Source: Candidatus Tenderia sp. (GTDB lineage: Bacteria > Pseudomonadota > Gammaproteobacteria > Tenderiales > Tenderiaceae). From it: a stretch of 31,036 nucleotides of DNA. A program made the translations under genes and the position numbers. The stretch is taken from the NCBI GenBank assembly GCA_031416075.1, contig JANOSY010000042.1, forward strand, positions 1 through 31,036, given 5' to 3'. The number at the start of each line of letters is the position of its first letter. Positions within the stretch are counted from its first letter, which is position 1. The notes beneath the pieces were generated by a model that saw only the letters and a program-made list of their open reading frames with translations, was not told where the DNA came from and did not search any database. Shown here in pieces: positions 8,263 through 19,370 of this stretch.

Positions 8263-9621
8263 TTAGGCCAACACTGCTTTAAGCGCATCGCTGTAAGCAT
8301 CCAGATCCGCCACTGTTTTGGTCTCGGTGGCACAGACACTAATGCAGTCGTTTAACGCCGGATACTGGGTACCCATGTTGTAACCGCCATAGATCCCTTT
8401 CTCCGCCAGCGCTTCGAGCACCCCCGCAACCGGTTTGGGCAGACGCAGCACCACTTCGTGGAAGTTCACACCGGCGAAGACTCTTTCAACACCGTTGATG
8501 GCACAGAGTTTGTCGGCGAGTATCTGAGTATTCGAGATGCTCTGTGCCGCGGCACGCTCCAACCCTTCAGCCCCCATCAGAGACATGAAGATAGTTGAAG
8601 CCGTCACCATCAACCCCTGGTTGGTACAAATGTTGGATGTCGCCTTGGAGCGGCGGATGTGCTGCTCACGCGCCTGCAGTGTCAGGGCAAAACCGGGCTT
8701 ACCATCAAGATCAACAGTGCGGCCGATGATACGGCCCGGCAGCTGCCGCACATGTGCCTGTTTGCATGTGATAAAACCGTAATAGGGGCCGCCGCTGGAG
8801 AGTGGAATACCGAGTGGCTGACCTTCGCCACAGGATATATCAACACCGTTCTGGCCCCACTGGCCCGGTGGCTTGAGCAACGACAGGGTCATCGGATTCA
8901 CCACCGCAATCGCAATCGCATTATTGGCCGCCGCCCAGTCGGTCAGGCCATCCACATCTTCCAGTACACCAAAAAAGTTGGGCTGCGGGATCACCAGTGC
9001 GGTGATGTCTTGCCCTTCGTACTGCTTCAGCTCCCCGACCAAGGTAGTGCCTGCCTCTGCACAGTAGGGCAGCTCAACAATCTCAATGCCTTGATTTTTC
9101 ACCACCGCCCGCACCACCGCACGGTAGGCCGGATGTACGGTACTGGGCATAAGAACCCGTTTTGACTTCGATTTACGATGGGCACGTACCGCCATCAACA
9201 CCGCCTCTGAGAGTGCCGAGGCACCGTCATACAGCGAGGCATTGGAGACATCAAGGCCGTTGAGACTGGCCGTCATGGTCTGGTACTCGTAGAGCAGCTG
9301 CAACGTGCCCTGACTCGCCTCAGCCTGATAAGGGGTGTAGGCAGAGTAGAACTCACCCCGGGTGGTGATATCCCACACCGCCTGCGGGATATGGTGCTCG
9401 TAGGCACCGGCACCGATGAAATTGAGGCCGGTGGCATCCCCGGCGGCACGTTCACGCATCAAGCGGGCGACCGCCATCTCGTTCATGCCATCGGGGATAT
9501 TGAGCACCCCCTTAACCCGCAGCTCAGCGGGGATCTCGTCAAATAACGCTTCAATGCTATCGACGCCAATGGCGTCGAGCATCTCGGTGACATCCTGTTC
9601 GGTGTGTGGAATAAAAGGCAT
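8263..9621 (-). CDS. gcvPA: Glycine dehydrogenase (decarboxylating) subunit 1
   Basis: [28 protein letters not shown] and [18 protein letters not shown]. Confidence 0.97.
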   Translation of the reverse strand: MPFIPHTEQDVTEMLDAIGVDSIEALFDEIPAELRVKGVLNIPDGMNEMAVARLMRERAAGDATGLNFIGAGAYEHHIPQAVWDITTRGEFYSAYTPYQAEASQGTLQLLYEYQTMTASLNGLDVSNASLYDGASALSEAVLMAVRAHRKSKSKRVLMPSTVHPAYRAVVRAVVKNQGIEIVELPYCAEAGTTLVGELKQYEGQDITALVIPQPNFFGVLEDVDGLTDWAAANNAIAIAVVNPMTLSLLKPPGQWGQNGVDISCGEGQPLGIPLSSGGPYYGFITCKQAHVRQLPGRIIGRTVDLDGKPGFALTLQAREQHIRRSKATSNICTNQGLMVTASTIFMSLMGAEGLERAAAQSISNTQILADKLCAINGVERVFAGVNFHEVVLRLPKPVAGVLEALAEKGIYGGYNMGTQYPALNDCISVCATETKTVADLDAYSDALKAVLA

Positions 9622-9648
9622 CGTCTGCTCTGCTGGCTGGTGTGGATT

Positions 9649-10044
9649 TTAGTGATCGTCTTCGTCGATCACGTCCTGATAGCTCTCGGCGTCAAACAGC
9701 TCTTCCAGCTCGCCCTCATCGGCAATCTTGATGCGCATGATCCAGCCGTCACTGTAGGGGTCGCCATTGACCAGGCCAGGATTCTCGGCCAGGTTTTCAT
9801 TGACGGCAACCACCACACCCGAGATCGGGCTGTAGACGTCAGAGGCGGCCTTGACCGACTCAACTACGGCGCACTCCTCACCGGACTTCACCTCGTCACC
9901 CACCTCTGGCACTTCGACATACACCATGTCACCGAGCAGCTCCTGGGCGTGGTCGGTGATGCCGACGCGGGCCGTGCCATCACTCAGCACTTCAACCCAC
10001 TCGTGGCTAGAGGTGTACAACAGGGTATCTGGAATATTGCTCAT
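9649..10044 (-). CDS. gcvH: Glycine cleavage system H protein
   Basis: [17 protein letters not shown], lipoyl-lysine motif [13 protein letters not shown] and DPYSDGW. Confidence 0.97.
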   Translation of the reverse strand: MSNIPDTLLYTSSHEWVEVLSDGTARVGITDHAQELLGDMVYVEVPEVGDEVKSGEECAVVESVKAASDVYSPISGVVVAVNENLAENPGLVNGDPYSDGWIMRIKIADEGELEELFDAESYQDVIDEDDH

Positions 10045-10133
10045 CGTTCTGGTCCTCGTCGTTATTTAGTGTTTTAACTGTTTGGTATCTGTTTCCCATC
10101 CCCATCAGGGGTCTGGAAATCATCGGTCACTCA

Positions 10134-11228
10134 TCAATCAATCTTAATAGAGGCTTTTCCATTACGGACAAAGGGTGGTTTAACCACCTGGCACAGCAGC
10201 ATTTTGCCACGTACTTCAACCTGGCACTCATCACTCACCTCCGTCGCCACCCTTGCCAGGGCGATGGAGCGGCCGAGGGTAGGGGAAAAGCCGCCGCTGG
10301 TGGTTTCGCCCATCGGATCACCATTCCAGACCACTGTCTGATGGGCGCGCAATACCCCCTTATCGAGCAGCACCAACCCCACCAGCTTGCTGCCACCACT
10401 CTGGCGACGCTGCGCCTCTAACGCCTTGCGACCAATAAAGTGGCGTGTTGATGGCTCCCAGGCGATAGTCCAGCCCATGCCCGACTCCAGCGGACTGGTG
10501 GTCTCATCCATATCAGAACCATAAAGATTCATGCCTGCCTCCAGCCGCAGACTGTCACGGGCCCCCAGGCCACAGGGACGAACTCCCTGCTGCACCAGCG
10601 CACTCCACAACTGCGCGGCCTGACCGGCGGGCACCATCATCTCGTAACCATCTTCGCCAGTGTAGCCGGTACGGGCGATAAAAAACCCCTCACTCTCACT
10701 GCCAAAAAAGGGCTGGAGCTGTCGGGCAGCGTCGGCCTGAGCGGCGCTCAATACGGCATGGGCCTTCTCACGGGCATTTGGCCCCTGCACCGCCACCATC
10801 GCCAGATCGTGGCGTTCATTCACATCAACCGCAAACGCTACTGCCTGCTTCTCAATCCAGGCCATATCTTTGTCACGGGTACCGGCGTTGACCACCATTC
10901 GGTAGAAGGTATCGTGAATGTAATAGACGATCAGGTCGTCAATCACCCCACCATCTTCCCGCAACATGCCGCTATAAAGCGCCTTGCCGCTGAGTTTGAG
11001 TTTATCTACATCGTTAGCCAGCAGATACTGAAGAAAAGGTTTGACCTTGTCGCCGGTCAGATCAACCACCGTCATGTGGGAGACATCAAACATACCCGCA
11101 GCGGTGCGAACGGCGTGGTGCTCATCAAGCTGGGAGCCATAATTGAGCGGCATGTTCCAGCCAGCAAAGTCAACCAGCTTGCCACCACAGGCGATGTGCT
11201 GATCGTAGAGCGGGGTCTTTTTAGCCAT
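10134..11228 (-). CDS. gcvT: Aminomethyltransferase (glycine cleavage T protein)
   Basis: [32 protein letters not shown] and [13 protein letters not shown]. Confidence 0.97.
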   Translation of the reverse strand: MAKKTPLYDQHIACGGKLVDFAGWNMPLNYGSQLDEHHAVRTAAGMFDVSHMTVVDLTGDKVKPFLQYLLANDVDKLKLSGKALYSGMLREDGGVIDDLIVYYIHDTFYRMVVNAGTRDKDMAWIEKQAVAFAVDVNERHDLAMVAVQGPNAREKAHAVLSAAQADAARQLQPFFGSESEGFFIARTGYTGEDGYEMMVPAGQAAQLWSALVQQGVRPCGLGARDSLRLEAGMNLYGSDMDETTSPLESGMGWTIAWEPSTRHFIGRKALEAQRRQSGGSKLVGLVLLDKGVLRAHQTVVWNGDPMGETTSGGFSPTLGRSIALARVATEVSDECQVEVRGKMLLCQVVKPPFVRNGKASIKID

Positions 11229-11407
11229 GATATTTCGCGTCCACTGTTAAAGGGGCCAGGGAGGGCTGGTCACCCTCCGCTACATGATAAGACAAACCTG
11301 GCAACGGCCTGAACTCCAGCCCCACCATACACCCAACAGTGGGCGAACCGAGATGGTCAAAGGGCTGCGTTTGGGCTGTTATCATTAATCTTGTACCTTA
11401 AAAACGC

Positions 11408-11446
11408 AAAAAGGGCGACAGGTCAGCCGTCGCTGACCTGTCGCCC
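11408..11446 (-). terminator. Intrinsic terminator, the expression platform of the glycine riboswitch
   Basis: Perfect 15-bp stem gggcgacaggtcagc / gctgacctgtcgccc with a 4-nt loop, followed by a U-tract on the minus strand. It abuts the 3' strand of P1 in aptamer 2. Confidence 0.88.
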
Positions 11447-11636
11447 CTCTGTCCGGGTACCTGAGAGTTTAAGCCTTTGATTAGACTCACCCCTTCGGTG
11501 GAACTCTCTGTCTAAAACAGAGGCTCGCTCTCCAGAGTCAACCACCGTCTGCGGTCCTGAGGCCTGAGCGATTCCGGGCGGGTTGCGCCTTCGGCGGTTC
11601 CGACCCTGTTGGATCCGAACACTCTCCCCCAGACGG
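11447..11636 (-). promoter_or_regulatory. Tandem glycine riboswitch (two aptamers)
   Basis: Aptamer 1 (11636-11545): GGAGAG...CCGAAGGCGCAA...CGCTCAGG, closed by ccgtctg/cagacgg. Aptamer 2 (11538-11447): CTCTGGAGAG...CACCGAAGGGG...AACTCTCAGGT...GGACAGAG. Located upstream of gcvT. Confidence 0.95.
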
Positions 11637-11796
11637 GTTAGGTTGAGCCACGAACTATACCTATAACCCTTGCCAAAACCAAGAGAGGTACCACCACAAA
11701 AAAACTACTGTGATAAAAACGTGACTCTTTTGTAAGGATTTATCACAACAACCCGACAATAATAGTACCTACCCACCCACATCACTGGAGCCTGTT

Positions 11797-12288
11797 ATGC
11801 AACGCCGCCATTTTTTACTCTCACTCGTGGCCCTGGCCGCTACCCCGCTATTAACCCGCCAGGCGGTGGCCATGAGTAGCCGTCAAGTGGGCAGCCCCAT
11901 CCAGAAGATCACCAAAAGCGATGCCGAATGGCGTCAGCAACTGACCCCCGCGCAATACGATGTCCTCCGTAAAGAGGGGACCGAACCCCCTCGTAGCAGT
12001 GCACTCAACCACGAAAAACGGGCCGGTACCTTTGCCTGCGCCGCCTGTGAACTACCGCTGTTCCGCTCCGCTATGAAATATGAGAGTGGCACCGGCTGGC
12101 CGAGCTTTTTTGATGCACTGCCCAACAGTGTTGAGACCCGCGAGGATTTCAGACTCTTTTTTACCCGCACCGAGTACCACTGCGCCCGCTGCGGCGGCCA
12201 TCAGGGCCATCTATTTGATGACGGCCCCAAACCCACCGGCAAACGGTATTGCAACAATGGCCTGGCACTCACCTTTATCCCTGATTAA
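11797..12288 (+). CDS. msrB: Peptide-methionine (R)-S-oxide reductase MsrB with a twin-arginine signal peptide
   Basis: MQRRHFL Tat motif, two Zn-binding CxxC (CAAC, CARC), KYESGTGWPSF, GHLFDDGP and RYCNNG. Confidence 0.94.
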   Translation: MQRRHFLLSLVALAATPLLTRQAVAMSSRQVGSPIQKITKSDAEWRQQLTPAQYDVLRKEGTEPPRSSALNHEKRAGTFACAACELPLFRSAMKYESGTGWPSFFDALPNSVETREDFRLFFTRTEYHCARCGGHQGHLFDDGPKPTGKRYCNNGLALTFIPD

Positions 12289-12980
12289 GTTCAGCGCCCA
12301 CAAACAGCCCCTGCTTCGCCGCCTCGCTGATGGCCACCACCGCGGGGTGGCGTAGTACTTAACCACCACCTCATCAACCTGACCAACCACCTCCGTACCG
12401 TACTGGCGCTAAATCTCGGCGCTGATCACCGCTGGGATGGAAAAGAGACCGGCCCCCGCCTGACCAAACGCCTTCATCAACGCCGTATCATCAAACTCCC
12501 CCACCGTGCGTGGATGTACGCCGCGCTCACTGAACCAGCACCCCATGAAATACAACCCCACACTGTCCCAGCACATGGCTATACCCCTTCACCCCCAGCT
12601 CAGTAGGCAGTGGGCGATCGGCAACCACCAGATCCAGCTTATGGATGGCCAGCTCCGCAAACAGCCGCTCCAGCTTATCTTCATGGCAGACAAGGCGTAC
12701 CGACTCCGACAACATCAGTGCCGGTGCCAATAATCTGTAGGCGATGGATTTGGGGACCACATCCGCCATTCCGACCCGGAACAGCAGATCGCTACTGCCC
12801 GCCGAATGGTGCATCAGCCCTTCCAGCTCGCTGCCTATCTGAAAGATTTCATCGGCGTGAGAGAGGGCCAGCTTGCCCGCCTCCGTCAGCTCAAGCCGCC
12901 GCCCGGTACGACGGAACAGATCACGCCCCAGCGCCCGTTCAATCTCACCGATCTGCGCACTGATGGTCTGGCGGGACAGT
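12289..12980 (-). pseudogene. nhaR: Degraded LysR-family regulator NhaR
   Basis: Recognisable blocks QTISAQI...LFRRTGRRLELTEAG, FRVGMADVVPKSIAYRLL, GEFDDTALMKAFGQAG and HPAVVAISEAAK. The N-terminus is missing, frames break near 12540 and 12350, and there is a premature TAG at 12411-12409. Confidence 0.85.
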
Positions 12981-12982
12981 CG

Positions 12983-13684
12983 GGGATCGCTGTTGGCATC
13001 ATCGGCTACACAGTGTTTGCCATCCAGCAGAGCCGTAAAGAGAACGCGGCGATACACGCCGAATATGAACAGGAGTTCGGTGACGAGAAGAGTCCATGGC
13101 TGGCGCGGCTGCCGGTCCAGATCGCGCTTATCATCGGCGGTCTGGCGCGGCTGGTACTAGGCGCTAGCTGGCTGGTCGACAGCGCGGTGACCATTGCACG
13201 GGCGCTGGGGGTGAGTGAGGTGATCATCGGTCTGACCATCGTTGCTGCTGGCACGTCGTTACCGGAACTGGCCACCTCAGTGGTGGCGGCGCTGCGTGGC
13301 GAGCGTGACATTGCCGTGGGCAACGTCATCGACAGCTGTCTGTTCAACCTGCTTGGCATTGCCGGTATCGCCGTTCTGGTCACGCCGGGTGGACTTGAGG
13401 TCGCGGCGTCCATGGTCCGCTTCGACATCCCGGTGATGGTTGCAGTGGCGCTTGCCTGCCTGCCGATTTTCGCCGCCGACCGCTCGATCAGACGCTGGCA
13501 GGGGGCGCTGTTCCTGGGCTACTACCTCGCCTACGTGCTCTATCTGGGTCTGGCAACAACAGAGCACGTGGCACCGCCAGCATTCAGCCCCGCCATACTC
13601 GGGTTTGTGTTGCCGATTACGGTCGTGACGCTGATTGTGCTGCTGGTGCATCAGCGCACTTCGGTGGTCAGGGCCGAACAATGA
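12983..13684 (+). pseudogene. C-terminal half of a Ca2+/Na+ antiporter (YrbG/CaCA family); 5' half deleted
   Basis: Only the second alpha-repeat remains (IIGLTIVAAGTSLPELATS...DIAVGNVI). GSN is degraded to DSC. Upstream of about 12983 the sequence is antisense nhaR, not antiporter. Confidence 0.8.
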
Positions 13685-13751
13685 GCTACAATGCCCACCA
13701 GACCGGATCACAAATAGATCTCCGTACATACAAATGACCCAAGAGCCTACT

Positions 13752-14438
13752 ATGTCACAACCCAAAAACTACCCGCTGGTCGAACTGCTGATCACCATTG
13801 TCATCCCCTCCGTGATCCTGATGAAGTTCAGCGGTCCGGAGTCGTTGGGCAGCGTCAATGCCCTGCTGCTGGCGCTCGCCTTTCCACTCGGCTGGGGGCT
13901 ACGGGGTCTACTTATGTACCGCAAGGTCAATCTGTTTGCGGTGCTTGGTCTGATCAGCACCCTATTCACCGGCGGCATCGGCCTGTTACAGCTGGACAAC
14001 CAGTGGCTGGCCATCAAGGAGGCCGCCATTCCGGCACTCATCGGCCTTGCTGTCGCCATCTCCGCCTACACCCCCTACCCTCTGATCCGGGTGCTCCTGT
14101 TTAGCCCGACGCTGATGGATGTGGAACGGATCCAGACCTGTCTGGAGCAACGCGGCAACCGCGCCGCCTTCGAAGCACGACTCAAGATCGCCACCTGGAT
14201 GTTAAGTGGTTCGTTTCTCTTCTCCGCCATCATGAACTACATGCTCGCCATCTGGATGGTCACCAGCCCCACCGGCACCGCCGCCTTTAACGAGGAGCTG
14301 GGGCGCATGACATTACTGAGTTATCCGGTGATCGCCCTGCCTGCCACACTCATCATGGCGGCAGTGCTCTACTACCTGTCACGCGCCACTCAGCAGCTCG
14401 CCGGGCTGAAACTTACCGAAGCGTTCAAATCGTCGTAG
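13752..14438 (+). CDS. VC0807-family integral membrane protein
   Basis: IVIPSVILMKFSGPE, LALAFPLGWG, TGGIGLL...WLAIKEAAIP and AFNEELGRMTLLSYPVIALP, with about 6 TM segments. Start at ATG 13752. Confidence 0.78.
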   Translation: MSQPKNYPLVELLITIVIPSVILMKFSGPESLGSVNALLLALAFPLGWGLRGLLMYRKVNLFAVLGLISTLFTGGIGLLQLDNQWLAIKEAAIPALIGLAVAISAYTPYPLIRVLLFSPTLMDVERIQTCLEQRGNRAAFEARLKIATWMLSGSFLFSAIMNYMLAIWMVTSPTGTAAFNEELGRMTLLSYPVIALPATLIMAAVLYYLSRATQQLAGLKLTEAFKSS

Positions 14439-14465
14439 CCCCAAAAACCCATTAAGGAAATCAAC

Positions 14466-14696
14466 ATGGCCGGTCCAAAAAAAGCCCGTAAACGAGATGT
14501 AGAGAAGCACTACTCACGAAAGGCGTTTATCAACAAATTACGGCGGCTGGCTGACGCCCTGGAGCGCGATGAACGTTTCACCATTCAAATCGCAGGCGAG
14601 CGCATCGTTGTGCCAGAGGCCGCCACCTTTGGTATCGAACACGAACGTGGCAGTGGGGCCGAGGAGATCGAATTCCAGATAAAATGGAAGGCGTAA
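14466..14696 (+). CDS. Amphi-Trp domain-containing protein
   Basis: RDVEK...KLRRLADALE...FTIQIAGERI.VP...IEHER...EEIEFQIKW, an amphipathic beta end with a terminal Trp. AAGGA SD. Confidence 0.85.
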   Translation: MAGPKKARKRDVEKHYSRKAFINKLRRLADALERDERFTIQIAGERIVVPEAATFGIEHERGSGAEEIEFQIKWKA

Positions 14697-14828
14697 CGTT
14701 GCCACCCACGCCGGGAGAGACCACAGGAAGATCAATCGGTAATAGGCACAACACTGGCTCCAGCTAAGAGACTACCGTTTTAGGAGCGCCGCGCCGCACG
14801 CCAAATCTCTTGGTGCACCGCTAATAAC

Positions 14829-14858
14829 TTGCCCAAGAGCCTGATTAATTGTTAAATT
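14829..14858 (+). promoter_or_regulatory. Putative sigma70 promoter of the mre/mrd operon
   Basis: TTGCCC-N18-TAAATT with an extended TG, about 55 nt upstream of the mreB start. Confidence 0.4.
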
Positions 14859-14892
14859 AGCGGGATATTTCCCGCAGCATTCCAACGCATAA

Positions 14893-15963
<1,071 letters not shown>

Positions 15964-16057
15964 ATAACACCACCAGACCGGTGACCATCGCCTAAAGGGA
16001 GCCCAAACGCCACGGCGGCAGCCATCTGCCACCGTGGCCACAACAGTAGGATGTACC

Positions 16058-16969
16058 ATTAAACCGTTATTTGTAGACGGCAACTCTGCCAACGTACGCC
16101 TTCTGGCATGTGCGCTCATTGCTGTTGCCCTGATGGTGGTGGACCACCGTTTCAATCTACTCAAAGAGGTCCGCATCGCCCTCTCCGTGGTGGTCTACCC
16201 GATCCAGTACGCCGTCAACTTTCCGCTGACAGCGGGCGGCTGGATGAGTGAGAGCTTTACCACCCGCAAGACCTTGCAGGAGGAGCTTGATCAACTCAAA
16301 ACCAGCCAATTGGTCAACAATGCCCGGCTGCAAAAGCTCGCAGCGCTGGAGTCCGAAAATCAGCGTCTGCGGCTGCTGCTCGACTCATCATTCAAGATTG
16401 GTGAACGGGTCCTGATCGCTGAACTGCTAGCGGTGGACCTGGCCCCCTTTACCCATCAGGTGATGATTAACAAAGGGAGTCATCAAGGAGCCTATGAAGG
16501 ACAGCCCCTGCTCGATGCCCATGGCATTATGGGGCAGGTGACACGCATCGGACCACTCACCAGTACCGTCATGCTGATCACCGACCCCAACCACGCCATC
16601 CCGGTGGCCATCAACCGTAACGGCCTGCGGACGATTGCACTGGGCAACGGCAACCCTAACGAAATGGAGGTCATTCATCTGCCCAACGATGCTGATCTTG
16701 AGGTGGGTGACCTGCTAATTAGCACCGGTCTGGGTGGCCGCTTCCCTGAGGGGTACCCGGTCGCCACCATCACCCATATCCAGCAGAACCCTGGCCAGCC
16801 CTTTGCCCTGGTGACCGCCGCCCCCACCGCCAAACTGCGCCAGAGCCGTGAGGTGCTGCTGGTCTGGCCAACCCCAATTGATGAGTCCGAAGCCCCTGCC
16901 CGACCTGCGGATGCAGCAGAACAGCCCTCTGCTGCTACCCCCGCCACCACACAGGAGAGACCACAATGA
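16058..16969 (+). CDS. mreC: Rod shape-determining protein MreC (probable ATT start; GTG 16034 is the alternative)
   Basis: KPLF N-terminus, one TM, coiled coil (ENQRLRLLL), INKGS..G and STGLGGRFPEGYPVA; position in the operon. Confidence 0.95.
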   Translation: MKPLFVDGNSANVRLLACALIAVALMVVDHRFNLLKEVRIALSVVVYPIQYAVNFPLTAGGWMSESFTTRKTLQEELDQLKTSQLVNNARLQKLAALESENQRLRLLLDSSFKIGERVLIAELLAVDLAPFTHQVMINKGSHQGAYEGQPLLDAHGIMGQVTRIGPLTSTVMLITDPNHAIPVAINRNGLRTIALGNGNPNEMEVIHLPNDADLEVGDLLISTGLGGRFPEGYPVATITHIQQNPGQPFALVTAAPTAKLRQSREVLLVWPTPIDESEAPARPADAAEQPSAATPATTQERPQ

Positions 16970-17460
16970 GCCAGGCCATTCGTCCCCGTGGTGGGATCAT
17001 CATCATTCTCACCTTTGTGGCCGCGCTACTGTTAACCATTCTGCCCATGCCCGAGTGGCTGGTACTGTTCCGTCCGGAGTGGGTCGCCCTGGTACTGATC
17101 TACTGGTGCATGGCGCTGCCACAACGGGTCGGCATCATCAGCGGGCTGGGACTGGGGCTACTGCTCGACACACTCCGAGGTGCCGTGCTCGGCCAACACG
17201 CCCTGGCACTGGTGGTGGTCGCCTACCTGACCCACCGGGTACACCAGCAGGTGCGAGTCTACCCCCGCTGGCAGCAGGCGCTGAGTGTAATGGCACTGTT
17301 GCTGCTTTATCAGTTATTACTGCTTTGGGTCAGCGGCATCACAGGGATCAATAATCAGCGTTGGCTCTACTGGCTACCCACCCTCAGCAGCACCCTGCTA
17401 TGGCCATGGCTCTATCTGATTCTGCGCGACATCAGACACCATTTTGGGGTCCGGGGATGA
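16966..17460 (+). CDS. mreD: Rod shape-determining protein MreD
   Basis: RPEWVALVLIYW...P.RVG, GLLLD.L.G..LGQHAL; ATGA overlap with mreC. Confidence 0.95.
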   Translation: MSQAIRPRGGIIIILTFVAALLLTILPMPEWLVLFRPEWVALVLIYWCMALPQRVGIISGLGLGLLLDTLRGAVLGQHALALVVVAYLTHRVHQQVRVYPRWQQALSVMALLLLYQLLLLWVSGITGINNQRWLYWLPTLSSTLLWPWLYLILRDIRHHFGVRG

Positions 17461-17516
17461 ACACCAGTACTGTCTGCAAACCACCACTTTTGTCACTCTC
17501 AGGTTAGCTGCTACCC

Positions 17517-19370
17517 ATGCCTCAGCTTGACCTAAAAGATCACATCCGCGAAACCCATCTCTTCACCAACCGCACTATTGTGGCGCTAGTTGGCATTATA
17601 TTGGTCATCCTGATTATCATCACCCGCATGGTCTACCTGCAGGTGATTGGCCACGAACACTACAGCGCGCTCTCACAAAACAACCGTGTGGGTATTGTGC
17701 CTCTGCCCCCGATACGGGGTCAGATACATGACCGCAACGGGATCCTGCTGGCACAAAACCAACCCTCTTTTTCACTGGAGATTGTTGCCGAACAGGTAAA
17801 AAACATGGATCTGCTGATCACACAGCTGGCAGAGCTGGTTGAGGTCAGTGAGCGTGACATTGACCGGTTTAAAGAGCAGCTCCATCAGCAGCGCCGCTTT
17901 CAGCCCGCCACCCTGCGTTTCCGCCTGAATGAAACCGAGGTGGCCCGGCTGGCCGTCAATCGCCACCGCTTCCCCGGCGTTGAGGTCCAGGCACGCCTGG
18001 TACGCTACTATCCACAAGCCGCATTGGCGGCCCACGCCATCGGCTATGTTGGACGGATCAGCGAAAAAGACATGAAGGCTATTGATATCGCCAATTATGC
18101 TGCCACTACCCACATCGGCAAGCAGGGGATAGAGAAATCCTACGAAAAGGTACTGCACGGCACTGTGGGTTATCAGCGAGTAGAGACCAACGCCTTTGGC
18201 CGGATGGTCAGGGTACTGGACCGCATCGAACCCATCCCTGGCAAAAACATTGTGCTGACACTGGATGTGGAACTGCAACGCGTCGCCCGCGAGGCAATGG
18301 GCGAAGAGGCTGGGGCGGTGGTGGCCATCAACCCCAAAAACGGTGAGGTACTGACCCTGGTCAGCACCGGTGACTTTGACCCCAACCTGTTCATCAACGG
18401 CATTGACCGCAAGAGCTACAAGGAGCTGCAGGAGTCACCCTCCAGACCTCTGTTTAACCGCGCCCTGCAGGGACAATACCCGCCCGGCTCTACCTTCAAA
18501 CCGTTTGTTGCCCTGGCGGGACAGGAGCTGGGGGCCGTTGATGCCAACCACACCATCTTCTGTCGCGGCTGGTACTCGCTCAAAGGCAGCTCACACCGTT
18601 ACCGCGACTGGAAAAAGGATGGCCACGGCCCGACAGATCTGAAAAAGGCGGTGACCGAGTCGTGTGATGTCTACTTCTACGAGCTGGCCCAGGCACTGGG
18701 TGTCGACCGACTGCACGACTACCTGATCCAGTTTGGCTTTGGTAAAAGCACCGGCATCGACATCGCTGGTGAGGCCTCGGGTATTCTTCCCTCCACCCGC
18801 TGGAAACGTAAAACCTACAATCAACCCTGGTATCTGGGCGAAACCTTGATCACCGGCATCGGCCAGGGGTTTACCCTGACCACACCACTGCAGCTGGCGG
18901 TCACCACCGCTACCTTGGCAAACGGCGGCCAGTACCATCAGCCCCACCTGCTGAAACAGATCGCCGATACCCAGACCAATCTGTTGCCTTTTGTACCGGA
19001 ACACCCCAGCACAACCATTAAAAAGGTGAATGAGCGCCACTGGAAGGCGGTAATCGACGGCATGATCAATGTGGTACACGGTGACCGTGGTACCGCCCGC
19101 CGCATCGCCCACGGCCAGCCCTACCAGATTGGCGGCAAGACCGGTACCGCACAGGTCGCCAGCATTAAACAGGGGGCCAAGTACAATGAAGAGATGACCC
19201 CCAAACATCTGCGCGACCACGCCCTGTTTGTCGCCTTTGCCCCGGCAGACAATCCCACCATCGCTATCGCGGTGATTGTTGAAAACGGTGGCCATGGCGG
19301 TTCGGTGGCGGCCCCCGTCGCCGGGGCGGTGATCGACCACTATCTTTTAGGAGCCGCGCCCGCGCCATGA
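17517..19370 (+). CDS. mrdA: Penicillin-binding protein 2
   Basis: N-terminal TM, RGQIHDRNG, and transpeptidase motifs STFK, SCD and KTGTAQ. Confidence 0.96.
   Translation: MPQLDLKDHIRETHLFTNRTIVALVGIILVILIIITRMVYLQVIGHEHYSALSQNNRVGIVPLPPIRGQIHDRNGILLAQNQPSFSLEIVAEQVKNMDLLITQLAELVEVSERDIDRFKEQLHQQRRFQPATLRFRLNETEVARLAVNRHRFPGVEVQARLVRYYPQAALAAHAIGYVGRISEKDMKAIDIANYAATTHIGKQGIEKSYEKVLHGTVGYQRVETNAFGRMVRVLDRIEPIPGKNIVLTLDVELQRVAREAMGEEAGAVVAINPKNGEVLTLVSTGDFDPNLFINGIDRKSYKELQESPSRPLFNRALQGQYPPGSTFKPFVALAGQELGAVDANHTIFCRGWYSLKGSSHRYRDWKKDGHGPTDLKKAVTESCDVYFYELAQALGVDRLHDYLIQFGFGKSTGIDIAGEASGILPSTRWKRKTYNQPWYLGETLITGIGQGFTLTTPLQLAVTTATLANGGQYHQPHLLKQIADTQTNLLPFVPEHPSTTIKKVNERHWKAVIDGMINVVHGDRGTARRIAHGQPYQIGGKTGTAQVASIKQGAKYNEEMTPKHLRDHALFVAFAPADNPTIAIAVIVENGGHGGSVAAPVAGAVIDHYLLGAAPAP

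Noticed and set aside
12806-13057. Apparent overlapping intact genes 12527-13057(-) and 12806-13684(+)
   Set aside because: Their N-termini are antisense translations of each other's remnants across a deletion junction.
14730-14765. Possible gatC start remnant divergent from mreB (GGAG...GTG CCT ATT ACC GAT TGA)
   Set aside because: Five codons are too few to establish homology.
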